Below, one piece after another: positions 8,868 to 18,418 of a stretch of DNA of 37,638 nt. Numbering within the stretch: the stretch's first letter is position 1; each line of letters starts with the position of its first letter. The notes under the pieces were generated by a model. The model was given only the letters and a program-made list of their open reading frames with translations. It was not told where the DNA came from and searched no databases. The stretch is from assembly GCA_048884965.1 (NCBI GenBank), contig JBHLQH010000034.1:1-37638 (forward strand), read 5' to 3'. A program made the translations under genes and the position numbers. The stretch is from Candidatus Thorarchaeota archaeon (GTDB lineage: Archaea; Asgardarchaeota; Thorarchaeia; Thorarchaeales; Thorarchaeaceae).

Positions 8868-9791
8868 TCATTTTAGGTGGCTATCGATTATCTCTTGGCG
8901 AAAATCAGGGAAGTATTCCCATTCGCCCAAAATCAGCTGATCTGCTATCACGCTGTCTGGGATTATTTGAAGAATGCGTTCTTGCAGATTGACAACCTCC
9001 TTCGCATTTGGAGTCTGAAACACAAGTAGCAACTCGGGTCTATCTGCTATTCGCCAACTCAACCAATAGCTCTCTGGAAACTTCTCCAAGAGTAGACTCT
9101 CCACGGACAGCTGGGTCCCATCTGACATCTCTTCGACTCTCAAATTGAAGATTACAACTATTCCTTGGCTTACTGACCCCGGATTGATGAGCACAGTTTC
9201 GCTAACAAATCCGTTTGATCTGAGATAGTCAAGTCTTTTTCGTACACTTGGAACTGATGCATTGACTCTCTCAGAAAGCTCACTCAATTGCATTCTTCCA
9301 TTCCTTTGCAATGCTTGTAGGATTCTCCAATCTATTTTCTTCAGACTATCCAGTGGTTTCGATTTGGGTGGCATTGTGTATGACAATGGAGGAAGAAGTG
9401 GAACTATTCTCAGATTTGTTATGCTAGGAAATGTTCGGACATAGTCAATGACTCCCATCATTTCCGCATTGTTCCTGTAGACCATCAATGCTATTGCCTC
9501 TGATTGGAACCCCATAGACATGGCAAAGATATTCTGATGATTTCCAAGTCGATTTATCTCCTCTTTGGACCATTTCTGTGCTAACTCAAGAAAAATAACT
9601 CCGAAACTCGCACCAAGCGCCTCAAGAGGGATTTGAACATCGAAGGCTACGATGACATTCTCTTGAACTAGTTTCTCAACTCGTTTTTTGATAGTGTTGA
9701 CTGAAACATCATATTTCTCAGCAAGTTCTGTGAATGAAGCCCGACAATTCGCACTCAGTTCGCCAATGATGATTCGATCAAGAGAGTCCAC
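8868..9791 (-). CDS. Lrp/AsnC-family transcriptional regulator with two tandem HTH modules
   Basis: MDSLDRIIIGELSANCRASFTELAEKYDVSVNTIKKRV and LKKIDWRILQALQRNGRMQLSELSERVNASVPSVRKRL; GTG start. Confidence 0.88.
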   Translation of the reverse strand: MDSLDRIIIGELSANCRASFTELAEKYDVSVNTIKKRVEKLVQENVIVAFDVQIPLEALGASFGVIFLELAQKWSKEEINRLGNHQNIFAMSMGFQSEAIALMVYRNNAEMMGVIDYVRTFPSITNLRIVPLLPPLSYTMPPKSKPLDSLKKIDWRILQALQRNGRMQLSELSERVNASVPSVRKRLDYLRSNGFVSETVLINPGSVSQGIVVIFNLRVEEMSDGTQLSVESLLLEKFPESYWLSWRIADRPELLLVFQTPNAKEVVNLQERILQIIPDSVIADQLILGEWEYFPDFRQEIIDSHLK

Positions 9792-9930
9792 CTATCTTCG
9801 CCTTCTTTTTCCAATTTTGAATCTGCGAGTGCAAGAATAGTAATCATTCCTTATAGATATGTGAGGTTTTTGCACCTACTTCCTGCCAAGCTTTCTAGTA
9901 TTTCCGATGATCAATCATGCTTGACCTACA

Positions 9931-10170
9931 ATGTCAACGAAAAATAATACTTTGAATATTCCAATGGAACCTGATTCTGTTCAGAGTCAATCTCAATGGA
10001 AGCTAATTGCTATGACTTTGGTATTCTCAATACTAGTATGCTGGATCGCACAAGAAGTAGTATCCGCACTAGGACTGGTAATTCCTCTTCCAATCACAGT
10101 GATTTTACATCTAGTATACTTTGTCACTGTCACTACTTTCTTCATAATCCGACATTACAAGGAGATTTAG
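9931..10170 (+). CDS. Small two-TM membrane protein
   Basis: Two hydrophobic segments; divergent from the Lrp regulator; start may be 9964. Confidence 0.6.
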   Translation: MSTKNNTLNIPMEPDSVQSQSQWKLIAMTLVFSILVCWIAQEVVSALGLVIPLPITVILHLVYFVTVTTFFIIRHYKEI

Positions 10171-10174
10171 GAAT

Positions 10175-10339
10175 ATGGATCCTCTCTCAGGGTTTACCTT
10201 GTTTCTTGTGTCAGTCGTCATCTGTGCAATCGCAGGTGGAGCAGTAAAGAGAAGTAGCTACAGAGTAAACCGAATGGGACTCTTGGCATTTCATATACTC
10301 TATGTATTCGGAATGATACTAGCTATGATTTTCTTGTAA
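10175..10339 (+). CDS. Small two-TM membrane protein (54 aa, absent from the ORF track)
   Basis: Manual translation MDPLSGFTLFLVSVVICAIAGGAVKRSSYRVNRMGLLAFHILYVFGMILAMIFL*; AGGAG RBS at 10160-10164; starts 4 nt after the previous stop. Confidence 0.6.
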   Translation: MDPLSGFTLFLVSVVICAIAGGAVKRSSYRVNRMGLLAFHILYVFGMILAMIFL

Positions 10340-10374
10340 AACCAGATGTGCAGACTAGAAGGTCTGCACGATTT

Positions 10375-10806
10375 CTATTTTGTAACGCTCCTTAGAATCA
10401 TACTGGATAGGATTGAGAGAGCTCCTGCAATCAGATTCATCAAATTAGTATAGTCGCTGATGATTGCCATTGGATTGTACATTCCTTCTAGAAGGAATAT
10501 GAGAATAATCATTCCAATACCTGCGAGGAAACCAATTGAGCTTTGGTTTGCGACGCGTTTGGATGCTGTGACAATAATAAGATCATAGTCTGTATATCTA
10601 TCCACTTCGGTGTGATATTGTGTAAAATGCACATTTCCAAGTTCTCTAAAGGCCCAAACTGAAGCAAAGAGCCAGACCAGTGCAAACAGTCCTCCCATAA
10701 AGGGAATCAATGAGTAGGAGCTCGGATCACTTACGATTAGGCTTAGTCCTGAAAGAATCGCACACACAAGATACAATGTTCCACCGATTGCAGTCTTAGT
10801 CTTCAT
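10375..10806 (-). CDS. Hypothetical four-TM membrane protein
   Basis: Four hydrophobic segments; ATG at 10806 (track start GTG 10815). Confidence 0.65.
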   Translation of the reverse strand: MKTKTAIGGTLYLVCAILSGLSLIVSDPSSYSLIPFMGGLFALVWLFASVWAFRELGNVHFTQYHTEVDRYTDYDLIIVTASKRVANQSSIGFLAGIGMIILIFLLEGMYNPMAIISDYTNLMNLIAGALSILSSMILRSVTK

Positions 10807-11032
10807 TGGAACCACTCCAACATCACACTCGACGTGGCGGCTGTTGATATCACTTGCTTGTATATCATTTCCAAAATCGTGAATAGAATTCGGTTGTCAA
10901 GGTAGCTGGTCGACATTTGACGATTCTTTGACCAATTGATTTGCAAAGTATATATGCAGGAATGCATTCAAGGAAGGAAGCTTTGAACTTGCACTCTATG
11001 TTCCTAAATCAATTTCCTCTTGAGGCACGACA

Positions 11033-12682
11033 ATGAGCACAGTTAAGAAAAACAAGTTTGTCTTGGTTTCGCTCGTTATGACAATCATTCTGGCTGGGTT
11101 GACCTTTGGTAATCTTCCTGGGCCTACAACCCCCACTGGCATCCAAGTAATTGATGGTATCACGTACAATTTTGATCAGTATCGGTCCGTCAATCATGAA
11201 ATGCTAGCGATTTTTAATTACTTGGATACCATTGTCAGTAGCGATTACCAAGGATACGGTGAATGGAATGGATGGAATGCAGACCACTTTGCAGGACTTC
11301 ATCACTATGTTCTTGCATTCATGGCATATGCCACAGCACAGCTGTTCGAGTCCACTCCAGGATATAGAACAGACTTCTATCGAAATTTCGCCTTTGATTT
11401 GATAGAGAAAATGAACACATCTGAAACAGAATGGGGTACGAATAGCATCCAGTACAAGGAGTGGACGAATCCGAACTATGGCTTTGTCGACTACTACTAT
11501 GATCCAGCTAATCCGGCGAGTACATCAGACACCTCCAAACTGTACGTGGGCGACTTTAGAGGCCCTGCAAATATAATGTGGACCGGACATTTTGCTCTCA
11601 TGGAGGCTCTCTATGAGCGGAATTTCAATACCGGTGAGTTAACTGATGAGATGAGTTGGTTTATGAATGACTGGAACACATCCCTATTGACTGATGGCTA
11701 TGGTAATCCCAAAGATGGTGGAATCTGGGGCACTGGACTGATACCATGTGAGCCATACATCGTATTTGTCCAATGTAACTCAATTCCAATCTTCTTCACA
11801 GAGCTCTATGACAATATGTATGGGACAACCTACATGGAAGGTGGCATGTGGGACTATGGACTTGATTTTATCAATGATGACATGCAGGACGATTATGGTC
11901 TCTTTACTGATGGGTACTATGTCATGCAACCAGCTTCTTACGAGTATTCAGGTGAAGGTGCACACCAACAATTCCCCGGACAATCAATTGATCGTATTGT
12001 TAGAGATGGACGACCAAAGGTTTCATCCTATGGCACCGCATGGTCTCTAGCATTCCTAGAATACACTCAGCCAAATGCAAGTGCGACAGACTATCCAGTA
12101 TTCCTCCAACACTATTCAAAGGATATCTCCAAAGATATGATGTACATGATGGACTCATACAACAATCCTGGGGGATTTGGCACCTATGATATCTTGGGCA
12201 CTATGTTTTCCATCCAACTTGCCAAACAAATGGGCGACTTTGCCACAAGAGATAGACTGCAGAACTTCATGTATTCACTGTTCAACAAGGTATGGAGTCC
12301 GGATGGACGTATGTTATACTATGATACATCATCTCTTGAACCGTTCCTGCAACCTGTGCTTTCATTCGGTAAAATCTGGTCCGAATCGCAAGTGTCGATT
12401 AGGGATCTTGCGACTCCACGTTCAGCTGAATTCTGGGACTATCCTTACATAGGCTCAGCAGATGACGATCGTATATGGGTCTATCAGGCGGAATGGGATG
12501 AGCACCATGAAGCATTCATCTTGAGTATCAAGGTGGATCAGACCGCAACCCTTGTCTTTAGCAACTTCGAATCCACTCCAACAGCCTATGCAAGCGGCAT
12601 AAGTCTAGGGGACCTTACGCCATCTGGCGAGGACTATACAATGACCTTGAGTCCAGGAGTATACCAATTAGTGATCATGTGA
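11033..12682 (+). CDS. Linalool dehydratase/isomerase (LinD/Ldi)-family protein with N-terminal signal or anchor
   Basis: Colinear LinD-like motifs: HYVLAFMAY, DLIEKM, NIMWTGH, IPCEPYIVFVQCNS, LYDNMYGTTY, SSYGTAWSLA, LAKQMGD; hydrophobic N-terminus; GAGG RBS. Confidence 0.82.
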   Translation: MSTVKKNKFVLVSLVMTIILAGLTFGNLPGPTTPTGIQVIDGITYNFDQYRSVNHEMLAIFNYLDTIVSSDYQGYGEWNGWNADHFAGLHHYVLAFMAYATAQLFESTPGYRTDFYRNFAFDLIEKMNTSETEWGTNSIQYKEWTNPNYGFVDYYYDPANPASTSDTSKLYVGDFRGPANIMWTGHFALMEALYERNFNTGELTDEMSWFMNDWNTSLLTDGYGNPKDGGIWGTGLIPCEPYIVFVQCNSIPIFFTELYDNMYGTTYMEGGMWDYGLDFINDDMQDDYGLFTDGYYVMQPASYEYSGEGAHQQFPGQSIDRIVRDGRPKVSSYGTAWSLAFLEYTQPNASATDYPVFLQHYSKDISKDMMYMMDSYNNPGGFGTYDILGTMFSIQLAKQMGDFATRDRLQNFMYSLFNKVWSPDGRMLYYDTSSLEPFLQPVLSFGKIWSESQVSIRDLATPRSAEFWDYPYIGSADDDRIWVYQAEWDEHHEAFILSIKVDQTATLVFSNFESTPTAYASGISLGDLTPSGEDYTMTLSPGVYQLVIM

Positions 12683-12691
12683 GGTGTAGTT

Positions 12692-13324
12692 ATGACAGAA
12701 GAGCACGAAACAAAGATTGAAGAAATTCCAAAGACCTCTATCCTGAATAGACTTCATCTTGAAAATCGACCTAAGGCGCTCGGGACTCTCTTTTTTGGCA
12801 TCCTTGGCGCAATCATCTATGTAGTAGCATCGCTGATTCCAATGCCCTATATGATGATTAGCATTCTCAAGTTTGGTCTGCTTCTTGGAGTTGTTATAGT
12901 CGCACTTACTGGCGCAATCCGAGGTCCAGTCGCAGGTTTCCTTGCCGGGTATCTTGGAGAGATATTCTATGGTCTACTTGTCTATAATGTAGTCGTAGCA
13001 ATGACATTCCACGCAGCTGCATATGGCATTCTTGGACTTATCACTGGTCTTGTGACTTATGACTTCACGAATGGCAAATCGCTAGCAAAGCTCTCGGTGC
13101 TGTCTATAGTTGGATTCCTGTTCACAGTATTGCTGAGCGTGGTAGTCGGGATAGTCATTGAGGGCTACTCGGTCATGGCAGCGATAGCTTTTAGCATGCT
13201 TCCACTTATCACCTTGGGCTTACCAACTCTACTCTTTCTTACTCCCGTAATGGCAAGGCTCTGGTATGGATTCATGCAAAAGATGAAGGCAATCGCATCT
13301 GCAGAAATCGAGTCTTCAGAATAG
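12692..13324 (+). CDS. ECF transporter S-component-like membrane protein
   Basis: 5-6 TM helices; VALTGAIRGPVAGFLAGYLGEIF signature; GAGGTG RBS overlaps the upstream stop codon. Confidence 0.75.
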   Translation: MTEEHETKIEEIPKTSILNRLHLENRPKALGTLFFGILGAIIYVVASLIPMPYMMISILKFGLLLGVVIVALTGAIRGPVAGFLAGYLGEIFYGLLVYNVVVAMTFHAAAYGILGLITGLVTYDFTNGKSLAKLSVLSIVGFLFTVLLSVVVGIVIEGYSVMAAIAFSMLPLITLGLPTLLFLTPVMARLWYGFMQKMKAIASAEIESSE

Positions 13325-13330
13325 ATGAAT

Positions 13331-13363
13331 GAAATGGGGTCTATTCCCCATTTCTTTCTGTTT
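13331..13363 (+). terminator. Stem-loop plus T-rich tract closing the LinD-like/S-component operon
   Basis: GAAATGGGG-TCTATT-CCCCATTTC perfect 9-bp stem followed by TTTCTGTTT, 6 nt after the stop at 13324. Confidence 0.65.
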
Positions 13364-13411
13364 CCTATGTTTGGCAATCTTTTTTCAATCACTTCAACTT
13401 CACTGAACAAT

Positions 13412-13831
13412 ATGAGAAGTCATACCAAATATCTAACCCTCAATGTTCCTTCGCGAATGGACTTTGTTCATATCACTCCACAAGTTCAAGCAGCTGTGAA
13501 TGAGAGTGGCGTGAAAGAAGGTCTCTGCCTCGTCAACTCCATGCACATTACCTCCAGTGTATTCATCAACGACAACGAGAGCGGGCTCCACTCAGACTAT
13601 AAGCGATGGCTAGAGGATTTAGCTCCGCATGAGCCTACCAGTCGCTATGAGCACAATCGTACGGGAGAGGATAACGGGGATGCCCATCTAAAACGGCAGA
13701 TCATGGGCCGCGAGGTCGTTGTTGCCATAACAAACGGGAAATTGGACCTTGGCACTTGGGAACGTATCTTCTATGGCGAATTCGATGGTCACCGGAACAA
13801 GCGATTGCTCATCAAGATAATCGGTGAGTAG
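13412..13831 (+). CDS. yjbQ: YjbQ/UPF0047 family (secondary thiamine-phosphate synthase)
   Basis: [42 protein letters not shown]; real start most likely ATG 13412. Confidence 0.92.
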   Translation: MRSHTKYLTLNVPSRMDFVHITPQVQAAVNESGVKEGLCLVNSMHITSSVFINDNESGLHSDYKRWLEDLAPHEPTSRYEHNRTGEDNGDAHLKRQIMGREVVVAITNGKLDLGTWERIFYGEFDGHRNKRLLIKIIGE

Positions 13832-15035
13832 TATCTTGTAGTTCGGCATAGATCTCAAGCAATCGAGGGACATGAAGTCTGATATCGAATCTCTCGGCTG
13901 TCGCTCTTGAGTTCCGACGAATCCTATCATACAACTCACTGTCTGTGAGAAGTCTATCGACTGCGTCAGCTAGAATTCTTGGATTGCCGGGTGTGATAAG
14001 GTATCCATCCTGCTCATGCGTCACTACTTCGCTTGGTCCATAGACATTTGCTGTTATGACGGGCACCTCACAAGCCATTCCTTCCAAGACTGAGAGACCA
14101 AACGGCTCTCTACGAGAAGGATAGAGGAATATCCTACTAGCATTGATGACGTGTGGCACTACCTCTGCAGCGATGACTCCCAAGTATTCGACAAGGTTTG
14201 CTACTTCATACGTGTCAAGGTCCTGTAGCATGGATTGCTTAAGAGACCCTTCACCTGTCAATACCATCTTGAGAGATGGGTGACTGACTTGTAGGAGCTT
14301 GAGCATCTCAGGGAAGATGTCTACTCCTTTCATTGGTTCAAGCCTACCAAGGAAGGCTATATCCCACTTCTTCTCAATGTTAGGTTCTGGTTTGAACACA
14401 TCGAGGTCTATTCCTATGTAGAGGCGTTGGACGCAATCATCCTTTCCTCTATTTTTGAGCAAATCACGTAGCGCCATAGCGACAGTTTCACTTACTGCAA
14501 GAATTCTATCGAATGGACAAAACTCTGCGAGCTGCTCGTAGTCTGTAGTGTTGGCACCTCCTGGCAGAATCAAGGATTTTGAAAGGCCATGGATTGTCGC
14601 TACCATAGCAATATCTCCCAGAGCACCTGTATGCAGGAGAGACTGAAGCACCCGATTGAAGACGATATATGTGCTGTGGGCGTGGATGATGTCAGGTTGC
14701 AGCTTCTGAATGACCTTGGACAATTGGGTACAAAGCGCCCTCACATTTTCTTCAAGGTCGTCATCGGTGAACAATTTGCTTACTTGAGAGGATCTTTCCG
14801 TTTCTGTGAGAGCTAGAAACTCCCATTTTCTCGCTTCGAGATAGTTGCCCGGAAGCGTCCATATCTCATATGCATCTCGGTTCTCTCGTGGCAATGACTC
14901 CCTGCTTGATGCTTGCGTGACTATGAATGACTCATGTCCATGTCGACTCATCTCTCTTGAGAGATAGTGTAAGTAGGACTCATAGCCTCCAAGACCGGCA
15001 GGGTTAAGGCTATCACAGAGATGCAGAATGCGCAT
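13812..15035 (-). CDS. Glycosyltransferase family 4 (GT-B)
   Basis: MRILHL...[43 protein letters not shown]; start 15035 avoids overlap with the divergent gene. Confidence 0.92.
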   Translation of the reverse strand: MRILHLCDSLNPAGLGGYESYLHYLSREMSRHGHESFIVTQASSRESLPRENRDAYEIWTLPGNYLEARKWEFLALTETERSSQVSKLFTDDDLEENVRALCTQLSKVIQKLQPDIIHAHSTYIVFNRVLQSLLHTGALGDIAMVATIHGLSKSLILPGGANTTDYEQLAEFCPFDRILAVSETVAMALRDLLKNRGKDDCVQRLYIGIDLDVFKPEPNIEKKWDIAFLGRLEPMKGVDIFPEMLKLLQVSHPSLKMVLTGEGSLKQSMLQDLDTYEVANLVEYLGVIAAEVVPHVINASRIFLYPSRREPFGLSVLEGMACEVPVITANVYGPSEVVTHEQDGYLITPGNPRILADAVDRLLTDSELYDRIRRNSRATAERFDIRLHVPRLLEIYAELQDTTHRLS

Positions 15036-15102
15036 AAGTACAGATTGTATCTTTCCGTCTTGTACCTTGTGGATGCTTACCATTCTCATCCGGTGAAAAG
15101 AG

Positions 15103-16155
15103 ATGTCTGATAGTCTACCCTCGCAGTTCCGTGATAGGGACATCATCAGAGACACCGATGGACGCATCTTTGTGGTGCTGGGACACATTCAGCCTCATGA
15201 TAGAGTACTAGCATTCCTGAAGTATGTGCCTGATCCGAATGGGAAATGGCTGTCTGAAGGCCAGAGATATAGACGCACGTTCTGGGGGGATGTAGGTTCA
15301 GTCGTCAACGGGCTTCTGAAGGTGCCTACTGAATATCTGGCTGATGACCTGCACTTTGGCACAGAGCTTCTTGAGGTTCCTTTGAGTCATATTCAAAGAC
15401 ATTTCATCCCTGAGAGTCGACTTGATGAGATCAGGAAAGATGGTCCTGCTGACAGACTGGAGTCATTAGCAGCTGGACTTGCAGACGCTCTGCATGATAC
15501 ATTGGGCGTATCATATTCCGACATGGGCGTGGCAGGAAGTATCCTCTGGAAAGGCCATAGTCCAGAGTTCTCAGACATCAACATGAACATCTATGGATTC
15601 CAGAACTCCTGGGCGCTGAAGGAAAGCTACGAATCGGTAAGTGCTGCAGAGAAGGTTCGGCTCAGGACATCCGATGAGTGGGTACGGGGAGCCAATAGGA
15701 TACTTGAACGTGTCCCAGCCCTCACCCAGGATGATATTGACAAGCTCTTCGAGCGAAGATTCGCCTTCTATTATGATAATCAATGCATAGGGGTAACCCC
15801 CGTGCTTCGACCCGCGGAATGTCCTATCCCGTATGGATCTGAGTCCTATCATCAGGTGTCAGTAACTCCAATCAAAGTCCGATTTGAAGTAGAGAATGTA
15901 AGCTATTCCCTTTTCAGTCCCAGTATCGTTGAGGGAACGACTCCCTCTTTACAGCAATTCGAAGGAGTCAAAGCATCTCGTCTTCTGATATATGAGGGGA
16001 TATACAGTGGTCTCTTCAATGTGGGCGACCATCTTGAGGTCACTGGCATGCTACAACGGGTACATCCGATGAGTGACAATCGAGAGGACTTCTATCAACT
16101 CATGATAGGTACAAAGGATGGGGCGGGAATAGAGTATATTCGAATCCTGACTTGA
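15103..16155 (+). CDS. Predicted archaeal nucleotidyltransferase (COG1665-like)
   Basis: RDRD...FVVLGHIQP...AFLKYVP N-terminus; GVAGSIL...SDINMNIYG Pol-beta-type motif; OB-like C-terminus. Confidence 0.78.
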   Translation: MSDSLPSQFRDRDIIRDTDGRIFVVLGHIQPHDRVLAFLKYVPDPNGKWLSEGQRYRRTFWGDVGSVVNGLLKVPTEYLADDLHFGTELLEVPLSHIQRHFIPESRLDEIRKDGPADRLESLAAGLADALHDTLGVSYSDMGVAGSILWKGHSPEFSDINMNIYGFQNSWALKESYESVSAAEKVRLRTSDEWVRGANRILERVPALTQDDIDKLFERRFAFYYDNQCIGVTPVLRPAECPIPYGSESYHQVSVTPIKVRFEVENVSYSLFSPSIVEGTTPSLQQFEGVKASRLLIYEGIYSGLFNVGDHLEVTGMLQRVHPMSDNREDFYQLMIGTKDGAGIEYIRILT

Positions 16156-16202
16156 CACCTTGAGAATCGGAATTGTCTTAGGCAGATAGTAGAGTAGCAG
16201 AA

Positions 16203-17267
16203 ATGATGTCTGAAGAGATCCCTTTCCTGAGCGTTCCATCAAAATATGGTGAATTGATCCGAAAAAGGCTCTTAGCGCTAGCCCTGTTCGATACGAACTA
16301 CAAGATAGTATCAGAGGAGAAGGTCCTCTTCTTCCCCCTCAGAGAACACATCGATATCGAACAAACATTCCCAGAGCTACCTACTTCTGAGTACTCTGTT
16401 GGAAGAAGGAACTTTCCTGAAGCATTCGATGGACCAAAGACGCTTTCAGATGCCCTCAAGGGGAGATTGACCGAGAAGGAGGTAGAGCTTCTTCCTCGAG
16501 CATACGATTTAATCGGTGATATTGCTATACTAGAGATTCCTGAGGAGCTCGTGGAACATAGGTTCGAGATTGGCCACGAGTTTCTCAAACTCCGCCCGAA
16601 TTTCACAACAGTTCTGGGCAAGAATAGTGCGATATCTGGAACTCTTAGAATCCGAGAGTATGAGCTCTTGGCAGGAGCCGATAAGAGAGATACAATTCAT
16701 GTCGAATATGGTTGCCGTATTGCAGTAGACCTCTCAAAGGCATATTTCAGTCCTAGGCTGCTTGAGGAGCACAACAGAATCGCACGGCAAGTTGTGGAGG
16801 ATGAGCACGTCGTCGATATGTTCTCGGGCGTAGGTCCATTTGCACTCCATATCGCAAAGCGGACGAGGGCTACCATCACTGCAGTAGATATCAATCCTGA
16901 CGCGTCTAACCTGTTGAAACAGAGCATCCCTCTGAACCGCTTGGAGGGCACGATAGTTCCAATAACGGCTGACATTAGAGATTATACAGAGTCAAGCAAG
17001 TCTGGTTTCGCGGATCGCGTCATAATGAACCACCCGTCTGGTGCCTTCAATTTCATTGGCGAAGCATGCAAGTTGCTCAGAGAATATGGTGTGATGCACT
17101 ACTATGATTTCATGGGCGGCGAAGATCCTGAACAGGCACTATATGAAAAAGTCAAAAGGCTCATCGAAAAGTCAGGTCGAGCGATTAAGAAAACACTCCT
17201 GATACGACGGGTCAGAGATAGCGCGCCTTATGAGTATCACATGGTTCTCGATGCTATCATCTCATAG
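16203..17267 (+). CDS. trm5: tRNA (guanine-37-N1)-methyltransferase Trm5
   Basis: AYDLIGDIAI, TIHVEYGC...DLSKAYFSPRL, DMFSGVGPF, DINP, DRVIMNHP. Confidence 0.9.
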   Translation: MMSEEIPFLSVPSKYGELIRKRLLALALFDTNYKIVSEEKVLFFPLREHIDIEQTFPELPTSEYSVGRRNFPEAFDGPKTLSDALKGRLTEKEVELLPRAYDLIGDIAILEIPEELVEHRFEIGHEFLKLRPNFTTVLGKNSAISGTLRIREYELLAGADKRDTIHVEYGCRIAVDLSKAYFSPRLLEEHNRIARQVVEDEHVVDMFSGVGPFALHIAKRTRATITAVDINPDASNLLKQSIPLNRLEGTIVPITADIRDYTESSKSGFADRVIMNHPSGAFNFIGEACKLLREYGVMHYYDFMGGEDPEQALYEKVKRLIEKSGRAIKKTLLIRRVRDSAPYEYHMVLDAIIS

Positions 17268-17682
17268 TAAATACAATCTGGCAGATTATCTCCTGCTTGG
17301 GATTTCGCAGTTTCTCGATGAAATCTCGTCCAAGGTTTATGGCAGCCTTATCTGCATTGATCATGAGGGTCCGTGGACACTCGAAGGAACTGGTCCTAAC
17401 TACCATACTGGTACGATCTGAATAGGTAAGCCCTGGACTACCATGCCCGACGATTTCTTCCTTCATATCATCTATTGTCAATACAAAACGGATCTCAGTC
17501 TTTTCCAAGCGTGCCATGGCTTTGATGTCTTCTTCCAGCCTATCGAGGGTTAGCTCTGACCGTATGCCAATGATGCAGGTACCTTGAGGTGTAAGGAAGC
17601 CCTCACTCGTCACCTCTAATGTAGTCCTATGATCACCAACTACATTCTCATGACCAAATGCTCGGAAAGAAACAGAGCGCAT
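17257..17682 (-). CDS. DUF371 (COG2090) protein
   Basis: GHENV...HRTTLEVT...LTPQGTCIIGI, SMVVRTSSF..RTLMINADKAA. Confidence 0.88.
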   Translation of the reverse strand: MRSVSFRAFGHENVVGDHRTTLEVTSEGFLTPQGTCIIGIRSELTLDRLEEDIKAMARLEKTEIRFVLTIDDMKEEIVGHGSPGLTYSDRTSMVVRTSSFECPRTLMINADKAAINLGRDFIEKLRNPKQEIICQIVFTMR

Positions 17683-17740
17683 GAACTGACAGACCTCTCA
17701 ATGCTTTTATGACTGCATGTAATATAGACATTCGGTTCTA

Positions 17741-18418
17741 ATGTCCGATGATCGTCTCCATCAAGACAAGGAGCGGCTCATAGAGAGTCTAAAGGCTAGA
17801 GGATATCTTGTGAGTACGAAGGTCGAGAATGCGCTTCGGGTCGTCCCACGAGAAGAGTTCGTTCATCCTGAAAGTCGTAGCTATGCCTACCGCGACACGC
17901 CTCTATCAATTAGGCACGGACAGACAATATCTGCGCCGCACATGTGCGTAATCATGTGTGAGGGTCTTGATCTTGACGTTGGGATGAAGGTTCTGGAGAT
18001 CGGTGCGGGTTCCGGATACCATGCCGCGCTATGTGCGGAGATCATCGCACCCTCTGGAGCTGAGAATCCCGGACACATATACACGATAGAAATCGTTGAG
18101 AATCTAATCGAGTTCGCCCAAATGAATCTAGAGCGGACGGGATATTCCGATAGAGTTACGCTTGTTCATGGTGATGGCGGACTCGGGTTAGTACAAGAAG
18201 CACCATTCGATAGGATTTTCGTGGCTGCTGCTGCTCCATCTATCCCAGAGCCATTGCTTGACCAATTGGCTCCCGGGGGGATTATGCTCATTCCAGTTGG
18301 TTCTCCGGGGTTATATCAGGAACTGATGCTCGTTCTCAAGTCCCAAGAAGGTCAGATTACCAAGAGGCGATGGGGTGGAGTTGCCTTTGTGCCTTTGACA
18401 GGCAAATATGGATATTGA
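17741..18418 (+). CDS. pcm: Protein-L-isoaspartate O-methyltransferase
   Basis: VPREEFV, AYRDTPL, GQTISAPHM, VLEIGAGSGYHAA, APFDRI, VAFVPL. Confidence 0.96.
   Translation: MSDDRLHQDKERLIESLKARGYLVSTKVENALRVVPREEFVHPESRSYAYRDTPLSIRHGQTISAPHMCVIMCEGLDLDVGMKVLEIGAGSGYHAALCAEIIAPSGAENPGHIYTIEIVENLIEFAQMNLERTGYSDRVTLVHGDGGLGLVQEAPFDRIFVAAAAPSIPEPLLDQLAPGGIMLIPVGSPGLYQELMLVLKSQEGQITKRRWGGVAFVPLTGKYGY

Noticed and set aside
9996-10247. 83-aa alternative-frame ORF
   Set aside because: It overlaps two better-supported hydrophobic ORFs and has shadow-like composition.
13325-13411. N-terminal extension of YjbQ in the ORF track
   Set aside because: It spans the terminator hairpin; family similarity starts at ATG 13412.
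15036-15188. N-terminal extension of the GT4 ORF overlapping the divergent gene
   Set aside because: The GT-B fold begins at MRILHL (15035); the extension is a longest-ORF artefact.
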